A stretch of DNA of 64,000 nucleotides. Origin: Candidatus Bathyarchaeota archaeon. Its GTDB lineage: Archaea; Thermoproteota; Bathyarchaeia; Bathyarchaeales; Bathycorpusculaceae. Under the pieces are notes generated by a model. It worked only from the letters and a program-made list of their open reading frames with translations. It was not told where the DNA came from and searched no databases. Shown piece after piece: positions 52,311 to 62,859 of this stretch. The first letter of the stretch is position 1, and each line of letters opens with the position of its first letter. The stretch is from positions 2,112,001-2,176,000 of the forward strand of contig OY970340.1 of the NCBI GenBank assembly GCA_963717465.1, in the 5' to 3' direction. The position numbers were made by a program, and so were the translations under genes.

Positions 52311-52622
52311 TTACACCATTAACATCGCTGTCAGCACTTGGTTAATGAAGTACACTGTATTTTGCACCATAAGACTCAAACTACTAAGAAGACTTGCACC
52401 TGCAGGAGTAAGAGCACCCGTGCTAGGTACAACCCAAATCGACAGCAAACTATCCACAAGCGATAAAACAGACAACAACATCGTCGAACTCAAGTAGACT
52501 AACTGACTGCCAGCAGGAGTAAGATAACCCGTGCCAGGTACAACCCAGAACGAAAGGATACCATTCATGAGAACCATGATAGAAGATATCATATTTACCA
52601 TCTGAACAATTATAACCGACAA
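52311..52622 (-). CDS. Small hydrophobic protein with two 37-aa helix-LTPAG-helix repeats
   Basis: WVVPGTGYLTPAG / WVVPSTGALTPAG with a 111-bp DNA period. RBS AGGAGGG before TTG at 52622. Confidence 0.8.
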   Translation of the reverse strand: MSVIIVQMVNMISSIMVLMNGILSFWVVPGTGYLTPAGSQLVYLSSTMLLSVLSLVDSLLSIWVVPSTGALTPAGASLLSSLSLMVQNTVYFINQVLTAMLMV

Positions 52623-52897
52623 ATTTTTCCCTCCTAACACATTTTTAAGCGAACCAAGAAGCCTAAAATCTCTTCAAAATCACAAAAAAGGAAAGAAACA
52701 ATCTAACGACAAGTCAGAAAGCCTGATGTCACTTTTCACGTCACTTTTGCTGCGCGCGCACATTCAAGCCAGCCAAATCCATCCGTCATCCGCCGTATTC
52801 TTGACTTCCATCAGTTTTCGCCAATAAGGATGAGTAACACAGAATTATTAACATGAGTGACTGTGATAAGTCAGCAACAAAACTATTACTTCAATTG

Positions 52898-54871
52898 TTA
52901 TTTTACTCTTTCAAGACGCAAAGAATTTAGCAAAAGAAGCAAAGTTAACCCATCGTCGCCGGATGCAACAGTAAACCATAACGGAATTAAACCTAAAAAT
53001 CCCAAGGAGCCCAAAATCATTTTTATAATCAGAGAAGCTGCAATGTTCTGCTTCGAGATAGCCATTGTCTTCTCGCTCAGTTCAATCAAGTATGGAATCT
53101 GCGCCAATTCATCATTAACCAGTACAATATCAGCTGATTCTAAGGCAATATCAACTTTTTTCCCGCCCATCGCAATACCTACATCTGAAGCAGCAAGCGC
53201 TGGAGCATCATTTACTCCATCTCCAACCATGGCAACTAAAGCTTCTTTACCCCTCATTTCTTCGACGAGTCTAAGCTTATCTTCCGGAAGCAAATCAGCA
53301 TAAACCTCATCAATTGATAATGTTCGAGCTGTCTCATTTGCGATTTCCTTTTTATCCCCAGTCAATATGGCGGTCTTAATACCTGATTCTTTTAGTGAAC
53401 GAACAGCTTTCAAAGCGTCTTCCCTAACTTCATCCTCAACGCAAACTGATGCCAAGCCTTCTCTACCGATAGAAACACATACTGCAGTGTGAATATCCTC
53501 TGAAGCGATTTCAAAGGCCTCAGTACAATCGCAGCCAAACTCCCTCATCAATTCAACGTTTCCAATAGCCACGTGTTTGCCGTCAACTAGTCCTACAATT
53601 CCTTTGCCAGGTACTTCTGCAACGTCAGAAACATGAATTTTGCTAAGATCAATCCCTTGCTCAAGTGCTCTCCTTACGATAGCTTGAGCTACAGGATGAT
53701 TCGAGTACTGATCTAAGGCTGCAGCGTAAGCTAACGCCTCCTCTTTTGTCCTATGAATGTCCACTTGTTTGAACTCATGAACCGATGGTCGACCCAACGT
53801 CAACGTGCCAGTCTTGTCAAAAACAACGGTCTTAACGTGTGCAAGTTTTTCTATGTATATGCCTCCTTTTATTATGATTCCCCGCTTAGCAGCGACTGTT
53901 ACCGCCATTAAAACGGTTGCTGGAACAGAAATAATAAACGCGCTTGGGCACGAAACAACCAAAAGGATAAGCGAACGGTAAAACCAAGTTTGAAAAGAAC
54001 CCCCTGTAATCAAAGGCAAGGCTAAAGCGGTAAAAATTGCAAGAGCTATCACAATCGGCACATAAATCCTTGCAAACCTGTCAATTAGTTTTTCCACCGA
54101 CGCCTTTTTCTTGCTGGACTCTATAACAAGCTGCGCTATTCTAGATACTAAGGCTTCACTAGCCTTTTTTGTGACAGATATCTTCAGGACGCCATCAGTA
54201 TTGAACGTGCCCCCATAGACGCTATCGTTTACCTTTTTTGGAACTGGAATTGATTCTCCAGTAACTAAGGCTTGATCAACATGCGAAAACCCATCAATTA
54301 CGGTGCCGTCTAAAGGGATTCTTTCTCCTGGACGAACAAGCAATACTACGCCTGGCTCAACCGCATTAACAAACACATTTCTTTCTTTGCCGTCAATTAT
54401 AACATGCGCTCGGTCAGGCAGGAACTTTTCAAGTTTTTCAACTGTTCGCCTAGCTCGATCTTGAATGTAACCTTCAAAGTATTCAGCTATGCAATATAGG
54501 AATAGTACAGTTGCTGCTTCAAAGCGATAACCCAAGAATAGGGCACCCAAACCAGCAACTGCCATTAAGAATTCCACAGAGAACCGTCTTTCTATAGCAA
54601 GTTCCTGTAAACCTATAACACCGATGTAAACTGCCGCGGTCAATATTGCAGCATAATACAAAATGAACGACACTGTTAAGCTTACGTTCAAGACTGGAAT
54701 GCTTTGATGCAAAGGAATCCCAGCGACGAAAAGATCCAACAAACCGCCAATAAGCATGGTTACGCCTAACCAGACTATGAAGAATACAAGCGTTTTTCTT
54801 GTAAGTCCCCTTTCACCTAATGCCGACTGCTCTTCATTTGCTTCTTCAGCGATATTCATTTTCATCTCCAA
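52898..54871 (-). CDS. Heavy-metal translocating P1B-type ATPase (ZntA/CadA-like)
   Basis: TGES, SCPSA, DKTGT, HP, TGD, GDGVNDAP. Confidence 0.92.
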   Translation of the reverse strand: MEMKMNIAEEANEEQSALGERGLTRKTLVFFIVWLGVTMLIGGLLDLFVAGIPLHQSIPVLNVSLTVSFILYYAAILTAAVYIGVIGLQELAIERRFSVEFLMAVAGLGALFLGYRFEAATVLFLYCIAEYFEGYIQDRARRTVEKLEKFLPDRAHVIIDGKERNVFVNAVEPGVVLLVRPGERIPLDGTVIDGFSHVDQALVTGESIPVPKKVNDSVYGGTFNTDGVLKISVTKKASEALVSRIAQLVIESSKKKASVEKLIDRFARIYVPIVIALAIFTALALPLITGGSFQTWFYRSLILLVVSCPSAFIISVPATVLMAVTVAAKRGIIIKGGIYIEKLAHVKTVVFDKTGTLTLGRPSVHEFKQVDIHRTKEEALAYAAALDQYSNHPVAQAIVRRALEQGIDLSKIHVSDVAEVPGKGIVGLVDGKHVAIGNVELMREFGCDCTEAFEIASEDIHTAVCVSIGREGLASVCVEDEVREDALKAVRSLKESGIKTAILTGDKKEIANETARTLSIDEVYADLLPEDKLRLVEEMRGKEALVAMVGDGVNDAPALAASDVGIAMGGKKVDIALESADIVLVNDELAQIPYLIELSEKTMAISKQNIAASLIIKMILGSLGFLGLIPLWFTVASGDDGLTLLLLLNSLRLERVK

Positions 54872-54978
54872 GCTAGCTTCTTCTAATATTAGCTTAGTGC
54901 TAAAATTCTATCAAAAAATATTTGCTTAATACTAATGGGCAAGTATAATATTAATATATAATTTAAGGTGAAAAATCA

Positions 54979-55377
54979 TTGACGGTTATCAGTATAACTT
55001 TGCCTCTTGAACTTTTAAGAAGATTTGACGCTTTCATGAATTCACGAGGGTATTACAGTAGGTCAGAGGCTTTCCGTGATGCAGTTAGAAGCCTTATGGG
55101 CGAGTCAGAACTTGCAAAACTTGAAACTGAAAGTGTTGCTGCAACAATAATGGTAACCTGTGATTATGCGAGGAAAGACGTTGATTTGAAAATGACGGAG
55201 CTAAGACATGAGTTCGACGATGTAGTAATAGAGAATGTGCATCGACATATTGGCGAAAAATATTGCTTGGAAATATTCATCACGCAGGGAAACAACGACA
55301 GAATCCTGAATCTGATCAACCGACTTCGTGGAATGCACGGGATTCAACAAGTGAAAGCCATGTTCATGGTGCTTTAA
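54979..55377 (+). CDS. NikR-family ribbon-helix-helix regulator
   Basis: ISITLP..LL..FD...GYYSRSEAFRDAVR; H....HRH....CLE. Confidence 0.85.
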   Translation: MTVISITLPLELLRRFDAFMNSRGYYSRSEAFRDAVRSLMGESELAKLETESVAATIMVTCDYARKDVDLKMTELRHEFDDVVIENVHRHIGEKYCLEIFITQGNNDRILNLINRLRGMHGIQQVKAMFMVL

Positions 55378-56375
55378 TGTTTTTGCATAAATTGTTTATA
55401 AACTGGGTGGCCTTTAAAGCGCAGATTTGTTTCAGATTTTTCAGTTGTCCCGCTTGGTAATCGCATGCAGATGGATTGAACGATTGCGCCTTCATGAATT
55501 AATCTAACACCGTCCAAGAGTTCTCCCTTTGTAATTCCTGAAGCTGCAAAAACTAGCTCCTTGCCTTTTGCTAGTTCATCCTGATTATATATTTTATCCA
55601 CATCCACTCCCTCGTTCTTTAAACGATCCATTCTTCGCGCATCATCTTTTTTGTCTTTCCAAACTTTAATCAGCATACTTCCTCCTAAGCATTTTACAGC
55701 TGTAGCAGCAATAGTTGCTTCAGGTCCTGCACCTGCACCAATTAATAGATCAATGCCTGATTGAGGAATACAAGATACAACTGCGCCTGCAATATCACCA
55801 TCTGGAATAAGTATTATTCTTACGCCTAACTTGCGCAGTGTTTTTAGTAATTCTGTGTGTCTTTCGCGTTCAAGCATTATAACCGTAAGGTTTCCAATGG
55901 GTAAATTTTTTTGCCGTGCTACTGTGCTAACAATTTCTTCAATAGACATATCTAAAGATAATTTCCCAGCTGACTGATAATCTGTGGCTATTTTAAAATA
56001 ATACCCATCATCCGGCAAGACTTGGAAGCAGCCTACAGGTGCGCAAGCTAAAGCGGAAATTGCGTCTTTGCTTCCTTTACTAACTGCTGTAGTGCCATCT
56101 ACGGGGTCAACTACGAATTCTAATCTTGGACCTTGACCAGTCCCCACTTTTTCCCTGAATTGGAAAGCGGGTGCATTATCTTTTGGTCCTTCACAGCAAA
56201 TTATGTTACCATCCATGTCTGTCTGAGCCAGAACAGCTCGCGAAAACTCTATTGCAGTTGCGTCGATTAGGTCGCAGTCGCCCTGTCCTATGTGGAGAGC
56301 TGCCCCTATTGCTGCCGCAACTGTTATTCTTGTTAAAGATGGAGCCAAAGCTCTAAGAGAAACCAAGATATTCAA
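55374..56375 (-). CDS. glpX: Class II fructose-1,6-bisphosphatase (GlpX family)
   Basis: EGPKDNAP, VDPVDGT, RERH, DGDI, GPEA, GITKGELLDGV. Confidence 0.88.
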   Translation of the reverse strand: MNILVSLRALAPSLTRITVAAAIGAALHIGQGDCDLIDATAIEFSRAVLAQTDMDGNIICCEGPKDNAPAFQFREKVGTGQGPRLEFVVDPVDGTTAVSKGSKDAISALACAPVGCFQVLPDDGYYFKIATDYQSAGKLSLDMSIEEIVSTVARQKNLPIGNLTVIMLERERHTELLKTLRKLGVRIILIPDGDIAGAVVSCIPQSGIDLLIGAGAGPEATIAATAVKCLGGSMLIKVWKDKKDDARRMDRLKNEGVDVDKIYNQDELAKGKELVFAASGITKGELLDGVRLIHEGAIVQSICMRLPSGTTEKSETNLRFKGHPVYKQFMQKH

Positions 56376-56515
56376 CTCCTAATACTCTGAAAATGTACCT
56401 TTTCCTAATAAATTAATATTCTGCCAGCATGATTAATTTTTGAAGCGAAGAGAAATCATTTTTTGCAGCTTCATTAAACTGGCTAAAATAGACTTGATGT
56501 AGTACATAAAAGGAT

Positions 56516-57116
56516 TCATTTTAATGTGTAATATGACTCGCTGAAACATGGTTTACAGTAAACTTTTCCGTCAAAGGTATTTGATAAATCTGAAGGACAC
56601 AACTCGTTGCACTTGGAGCACAAAGAGATTTTACCTGACTCGAGGCAGCTAGTTTGTAATTTATCTACGTGAATTTCTTGAATCACCAAGTATTTTTCTT
56701 CTAAATTTAAAAGTTGATTAGACAAATTATGTTCTTCTTCTTTTGTTAACCTTCCAAGGCGCATCATCCAATTATTCAACAGTGAAGAATGTTTTTTTGC
56801 ATCTTCTTTCAATGCTATGCGAATGCCTTTTTTGGTTGTTGAATCTGCTAACGTAAGAGCAAGTTTACCATAATTCACAAGATTAATGCTGTTATGCCCA
56901 AGAGTGCAGACCCGTAGCAACTTGAATTGCATCAGGAAGACATCTGTTTGTCTCGCTTACAGCAATAAGCGCTTTATTGCCTTTTGTCATTTTCAATCTT
57001 TGCAAAGCAATTTCGCTCATTCTAAGACCTAAAGCGATGCCGGGTGAGAGATGACCATGCAAGGCAACTGCAGTTTCAATTGTCGCGTTATCCATTGAAT
57101 TATCAGTCCGCTTCAA
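56516..57116 (-). CDS. FmdE family protein (frameshift near 56900)
   Basis: LHGHLSPGIALG..M, ET.RCLPDAIQVATG, CTLG, CSKC.E...C.PC. Confidence 0.85.
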
Positions 57117-57310
57117 AAATACTTGAATTCAAAATATATGTTTTTGGCTTCGAATTTGTCAGCGCGTTAATTAACATTTTTGAGGATGCACTCTGGCGTC
57201 GTAGTGGGGATAAGAGATCGCATAAAAACAGGTTCCTGAAAAATCATCGAGACAATTCAATCGCTGAATGGTAATAATCTTTTATTAGTTTGTTTCATAT
57301 AATTTTAACT

Positions 57311-57730
57311 ATGTACGAAGGATACGTACTTTTCTGCAACAAGAAATCTCAACAAGAATGCTTGACGAAAAAGCTTTTTGCGTGTGCAGATCAAAAGGCT
57401 TCAAGCAGAATCAGAGTTGGTGACATCGTTTTTTTGTATAATGTAGAAAGCAGAAGTTTGATTGGACCTTTTACAGCTTTGACTCCTAGAGGTGACGAGT
57501 TAGATTCGGGTGCGTGGGCAATGGATGTTGAAGAGCGCATTCCCTACGAAGATATAAAAGTAACCTGGGAAGACCTTCACATACTCTATGACGCTCCATC
57601 TGTTCTTCCTTTTCTTGAAAATCTTAAAACGTGCGTTTTGACGCAGAATCAGACCCAGCGAATATTAGATTTGCTGAAGAATAGTGAATTCTACGTTAAC
57701 TCAAAGCAAAGAGAAGCTGCTATGCCTTAG
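57311..57730 (+). CDS. DCD (development and cell death)-like domain protein
   Basis: GYVLFCN..SQQECL.KKLF...GDIVFLYN...LIGPF.A resembles the plant DCD consensus. Confidence 0.6.
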   Translation: MYEGYVLFCNKKSQQECLTKKLFACADQKASSRIRVGDIVFLYNVESRSLIGPFTALTPRGDELDSGAWAMDVEERIPYEDIKVTWEDLHILYDAPSVLPFLENLKTCVLTQNQTQRILDLLKNSEFYVNSKQREAAMP

Positions 57731-57902
57731 AATCAGCTATTTTCTTCGTTTGTAAACATAAAATCTTGTGGCAGTTAATGCACCTAGTGAGAACAAGCTC
57801 AAAACCATTTAGAATGTCTAGACGATTCTGCGTATAATGTCTCTCTCGTGCATGATTGCAGTTTAGCTGCTTTACTAAAAACGCATCTTTCTCCTCGTCC
57901 AT
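57720..57902 (-). CDS. Small putative zinc-binding protein
   Basis: CNH...RCINCHK. Confidence 0.55.
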   Translation of the reverse strand: MDEEKDAFLVKQLNCNHARERHYTQNRLDILNGFELVLTRCINCHKILCLQTKKIADSKA

Positions 57903-58227
57903 TTCTACCTACTCATAAAAAATCAGATTTAAGAGCTTAAAAAGCTTATTAAAAAAATCGAAATATTAAAACGAGTCAACTTAAAATTCATTTTTGATTT
58001 CGCTTTCTCAGTAGTTTTAAGCTTTAGCTTCTTGAAAAATTTGCTATACTAAGCAACATAGGAAAGATTTCAGAAGAAAATATGATGATCTTAAAAGAAT
58101 AATGTGCGTAAAGTAAAGCGTTATTTTGTAGTAAAATCGGAGGCAAAAAAGCTCAATTAACTGGTTAGCGGTGAAACCGCAAACCTTATTTAACGATGTA
58201 AGCGCATTATTAAAACACGTGATAAAT

Positions 58228-59953
58228 ATGGTTAATGATGTTAAAAAATGGGACATGGAAGTGGACGTTGTTGTCGTGGGTTCTGGGGCTTCTGGTTTAT
58301 CCGCAGCTAACGTAGCGCATCTTGAAGGCTCAAAGAAGGTCGTCGTTCTGGAGAAGACTGATCTGATTGGCGGAGCTACAACTTATTCTGGAGCTGGCGC
58401 GTGGGTTCCTAATAATAAATTCCTCCGAATGGGCTTCAAAGTGGAGGTTTGGGATCCGGTAAAGAAAGTCTGGAATTGGAAGCGAATCGATAACGAAGAA
58501 GGCCGACAGATGGCACTAAGGTACGCAAAAAGATGCTCACTCGGATATTCAACTGATGAACTCATAGAAACTTATGTGGATAATGCGTGGAAGATGGCTG
58601 ACTATCTTGAAGAGCATACTCATCTGAAATGGGCTCATACGAGATTTATGCCTGAGTACTATCCTGAATGGGATGGCGCAATAAAAGCAGGAAGAACCAT
58701 CGAGCCTATATGCTTTGACACTAAGACTATGCCGCCTGAACTGGTTGAGAAACTTCGTATTATGCCACAGGGCTTTCCAGTTCTGATTGATGAAAATGAC
58801 AAGTGGGGAGGACTTAACACCATTGGCACCGAAGGCGCATGGGACTTTGGAATTGTAATGGAAAGAGGTAACAATCAAATTGTCTCCATGGGGCTTGCTT
58901 TGATAGGGCTGTTAGCCTGGTCATGTTGGGATAATAAAATCGACATCATGACTAAAACTCCTGCTAAACGATTAGTCGTTGAGAATGGTAGGGTTATCGG
59001 CTTAGTCGCAGAGAAAGATGGCAAGGACTTCGCAATCCGTGCAAAGAAAGGAGTAATCATGTGCGCTGGAGGATTTGAATGGAACCCGAAATTTGTCAAG
59101 ACCTTTACAAGAGGACCATATGATGGACCAATGCCTGGGCCACACAACACTGGCGATGGACAACGTATGGGCATGGAAGTTGGAGCACAAATGTCACAGA
59201 TGCAGGATGCATGGTATTTCCCGACATGTTACTACCCTGGAGATACATATGAAGGTAAACCATCTTACAGAACCATCATGTACGATAAAGTTGCTCCTGG
59301 AACAATATGGGTCAACAAATATGGAAAACGATTCACAGACGAAGGTCAAAACTACAGAAGTGTAATGAGAACATTGCAACAATACGATGCAATAAAACAT
59401 GAATGGACGAACCATCCGTCCTACATGATTTGTGACGAGTTTGCCCATAAAACTCATTTGATCGCACAGATTCCATTTGACCAAGACCTGCCAGATCCTC
59501 CGTTCAAGAAAGGAAATACGCTAAAAGAGTTGGCTGAGAAGTGCGGTATGGATCCAGCTGGCTTAGAGGAGACAGTGAAGAACTTTAACAAGTTTGCTAA
59601 GCAAGGCAAGGACCCAGAGTTCCATCGCGGCGAAAGCTATTATGACTGGTTCTACGGAGACAAAATAGGTGAAGCACGAGGCATTTACAAGCATTCAGCC
59701 TTAGCACCAATTGAAAAACCACCGTTCTATGCAATTCAGGTTCTTCCAGGATGCTCTTGGCACAGCAGGCGGCATAGCGATTAACAAAGATGGTCAAGCG
59801 CTCGATTGGAATGATAAACCAATACCAGGTCTGTATCAGCAGGAAACACTCAGTGGATGTGTTTTAGGCTGGGGCTATCCAGGTGGCGGCTCCACAATTG
59901 GGCCAGCTTTAACAATGGGTTACTTAGCAGGCAAAGCAATCAATAAACAATAA
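58228..59953 (+). CDS. FAD-dependent oxidoreductase, FAD_binding_2 family (3-ketosteroid delta-1-dehydrogenase / fumarate reductase flavoprotein-like); frameshift near 59755
   Basis: DVVVVGSGASG, GGATTYSG, AGGFEWN, NTGDG, G.RF.DE, G.DPEFHRG, YPGGGSTIG. Confidence 0.88.
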
Positions 59954-60304
59954 AAATAAATCCTAGTTGGCTTTTTACTTTTAAATACTCATTGCGTTTC
60001 ATCTTAAATCAAAGCTATTTATTAATTTGCTCAATTTTTTTAGACTTCTTGAGAATAAATGAGAAATTCCGTTTTAACAATCTAGTTTTACGGCTTCAAT
60101 TATTCCTGATGATTCTTGTCAGAGGATATTGTTCTTAACATTGCCCCAATCATAAATTAAATCTAAGCAAGAAAAATAATCAGATTAACTTCCAAGTAAC
60201 AAAGCTGAAGTCAGAAAAACCAAGCTTCTAAGAAATAAATCAATAACTTTTAAATTAAAATAAAATAAAAAAAGATAAAGAACGAGTATTTTTCTCTTTG
60301 TCGC

Positions 60305-61670
60305 TTATCCCCAAGCTGGGTAATCAAAGCCTAGGTCTTTGAATTCTTTTGTCATTCTCTTATAGAGATCGGCGTAACTTGGTTTCATTTTTAGAGTTTC
60401 TGCGTCATAGTAGTCGTACAAGCTGGCTGGTTTAATTTCATAGAAAGGCGCAACATGAGGTTCATATTTTTTGAGAAGGTCTTTTATTACCTTTACTCCT
60501 TCGCTTACTTTCATTCCGGCTGCTGCTCTTGTTACTTCACTTCCAAATCTTGCCTCTAAAGCAGGTTGACCGCCAATCATCCACATTCCTTCCATACCGG
60601 ATATGCATGAAGTAATGCAACTGCATGCTGCTGCATACCAACTGATGTCCGTGGTAAATTGTGGAGTTATGCCTAATCCACTTGAAATCCATGGTGATCC
60701 TATGTTTCTGTCTGCGGACTAAAGCCATTGCTGAGTTAGTCCAGAAAACATCATACCCTTCAAATCGAGTGTTAATTGTGTTGCTCATAGCTTGTGTAAA
60801 TGAACCGTCTGCATAAGCCATTTGACCTAATGAGTGAGCCATTCCTTCAACGGCTGCTGTTTCAGGGCAACTGATATAGGCGTATAAGTGTAGGGCTGCA
60901 ACTCTGCCAAGGAATGATTTGATGCTGCATAGCAAAGTAGGCAAGATTAACTCTGTCAAGAACAATCTCATATCTTGCAATATGTGTACTGGCATCATCA
61001 TGTTCTCTTTAGTGTAGTATCCAGGATCAAAGGCTGAGATTAATGCAATCATGCTTGTTGCTGTCTGAGGAATGCCTAAATGCAGACCAGGCCTTCCTGC
61101 AGCGCGTGCTCCTGCAGTCATTAATTCTGCTTCAGTGTGAACCATGAGTGACTCTGTAGGTGTTCCTCCTGTAGGTTTTTGACCAAAGGATGCCTCGATT
61201 ACAGCAGGCATCATTCCGTCCGTCGTCGGCTCTTTAGCAGTTAGATAAACAGAATCTCTCCATTGTTGTATGTCGCTTCCTCTCCACCCGCCAGCGTTAA
61301 GGCAGTATGGATGTTGCTTATCCTCTGGATGTCTCGGACGCCAATGTATTGTATCTCTGCCTGATCCAAACACCAACTCCTTCTTTCGTGTTTTGGCAAC
61401 TTCTCTAAGTTCATTTTCTTGGAATTTGACAATGTGTTTAGTTTCTTTACAGTATAATCCGGCTTGAACTAGTAATTGTATGCCTGCTTCAAATATAGCA
61501 TCAGCCATTTGATTATCAGTCAAAATTGGCTCGCCTGGCTCCCATTTAATCTTGAAATCTTTAACGATCTGCTCTAGTATTCCTGGAAGATACGTTGTCT
61601 CAAATTCGTCTTCTTTCATTATCTGACCAGTTCTGCTTCTTTCTAAAACTTCCCATAATAAATGACCCAT
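60305..61670 (-). CDS. Monomethylamine:corrinoid methyltransferase (MtmB) family homolog lacking pyrrolysine; several indels
   Basis: ERSRTG..M.E..F, D..MADAIFEAG, GTPTE, AGRPG, ARF..EV, YD..TL. Confidence 0.8.
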
Positions 61671-61901
61671 ATTTTTCACCTTTAGGTGATGGAAAGGTTC
61701 GCAAGCAGGTATATAATTTTTTTGCAAATCACATTTTTAATGATAATGAGCATGCGTTGCACTTATCTGTATCATGCTACCAACTTTGTCAACCAAAGGA
61801 GTTCGCGATAGAACTTTTGAGAGACAGACACAAAAATTCTAAACCGCAAAATATAATAATAGAACAATTATAAAATGATTGCACAAACGGATGTGTCATA
61901 A

Positions 61902-62096
61902 ATGGTCGATTTAAAACCAAAATATTATGTAATAAAAGATAAAGTGCACATAATGCCAACTCCGCCTAACTGTTGGGAATCGTACACTGGACTAGAGAAA
62001 TTATACGAGTCCATACCTGCTGGAAAAGAAAAATGCAAAGAATGCTTTGAGAAACCCTATTCCAGGAGTTTGCCAGATAATCCTAACTTAAAATAA
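61902..62096 (+). CDS. Small Cys-containing protein
   Basis: VH......C...CKECF. Confidence 0.5.
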   Translation: MVDLKPKYYVIKDKVHIMPTPPNCWESYTGLEKLYESIPAGKEKCKECFEKPYSRSLPDNPNLK

Positions 62097-62145
62097 ATTC
62101 TTAAACTTTAAGAGACTGTCACATTTACATTACAGGTGACGATGG

Positions 62146-62598
62146 ATGCCGAAATATCAAGAAACATGGACTGTAAAAGCGCCGTCAGATAAATGCTGGG
62201 CTTTCTTTAGCGACTTGAAGAATCTCGCTTCATGCATGCCCGGTTTCATTAATTTAGAAATAATTGACGATAAAAGCCAAATTTGGACAATAGACGTTGA
62301 AGTATCGAGAATGAAAAGACAAGCAACATTTAAAGGGTTTATCCAGGAAATGAAACCGCCGACCTATGCAAAATTCACATTAGAAGGCATATCTGAAAAA
62401 TTAAGTGGAAGTGGAACTGCAAGTGTAGAGGCTGCTGGTCCAAACGAAACCAAAGTTTCATTCTTCCTCGACGTTGAAGCTACAGGACTCTTGAGAGCCG
62501 TAATAAACCCTGCAATCAAGGGAACCGTGGAAAAGATGGGCAAGGGTTTCGTTGCAAATTCAACAGCCGCGCTGGAAGGCAAACCAAAACCGAAATAA
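62146..62598 (+). CDS. CoxG/SRPBCC (START-like) ligand-binding protein
   Basis: V.AP.DKCWAFFSD..NLASCMPG. Confidence 0.85.
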   Translation: MPKYQETWTVKAPSDKCWAFFSDLKNLASCMPGFINLEIIDDKSQIWTIDVEVSRMKRQATFKGFIQEMKPPTYAKFTLEGISEKLSGSGTASVEAAGPNETKVSFFLDVEATGLLRAVINPAIKGTVEKMGKGFVANSTAALEGKPKPK

Positions 62599-62859
62599 AT
62601 TCCTTGAAGAGTCTAAATTTAAAACTCGAAATAAACTCCAATTTTCTGGCTCTCCTTTTTTGTGTTTTAGAAAATTCTTGTTGTGTTGATACGTTGACTG
62701 TATCTTTGCTTCGATATTGCATGTCAAAACAAGTACCTATCTGCCTACATATCGTCAATACCTTTATCTCAATCTTTCGATTGCTTAAACTTTACGCAAA
62801 ATTTTTATAAGGGACGCTAACATACCTGACGAACAGCGAATCTAAAATGGTGAAAATTT

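Noticed and set aside
60305..61670. Amber/pyrrolysine recoding in the MtmB homolog
   Set aside because: There is no in-frame TAG at the expected site; the breaks are frameshifts.
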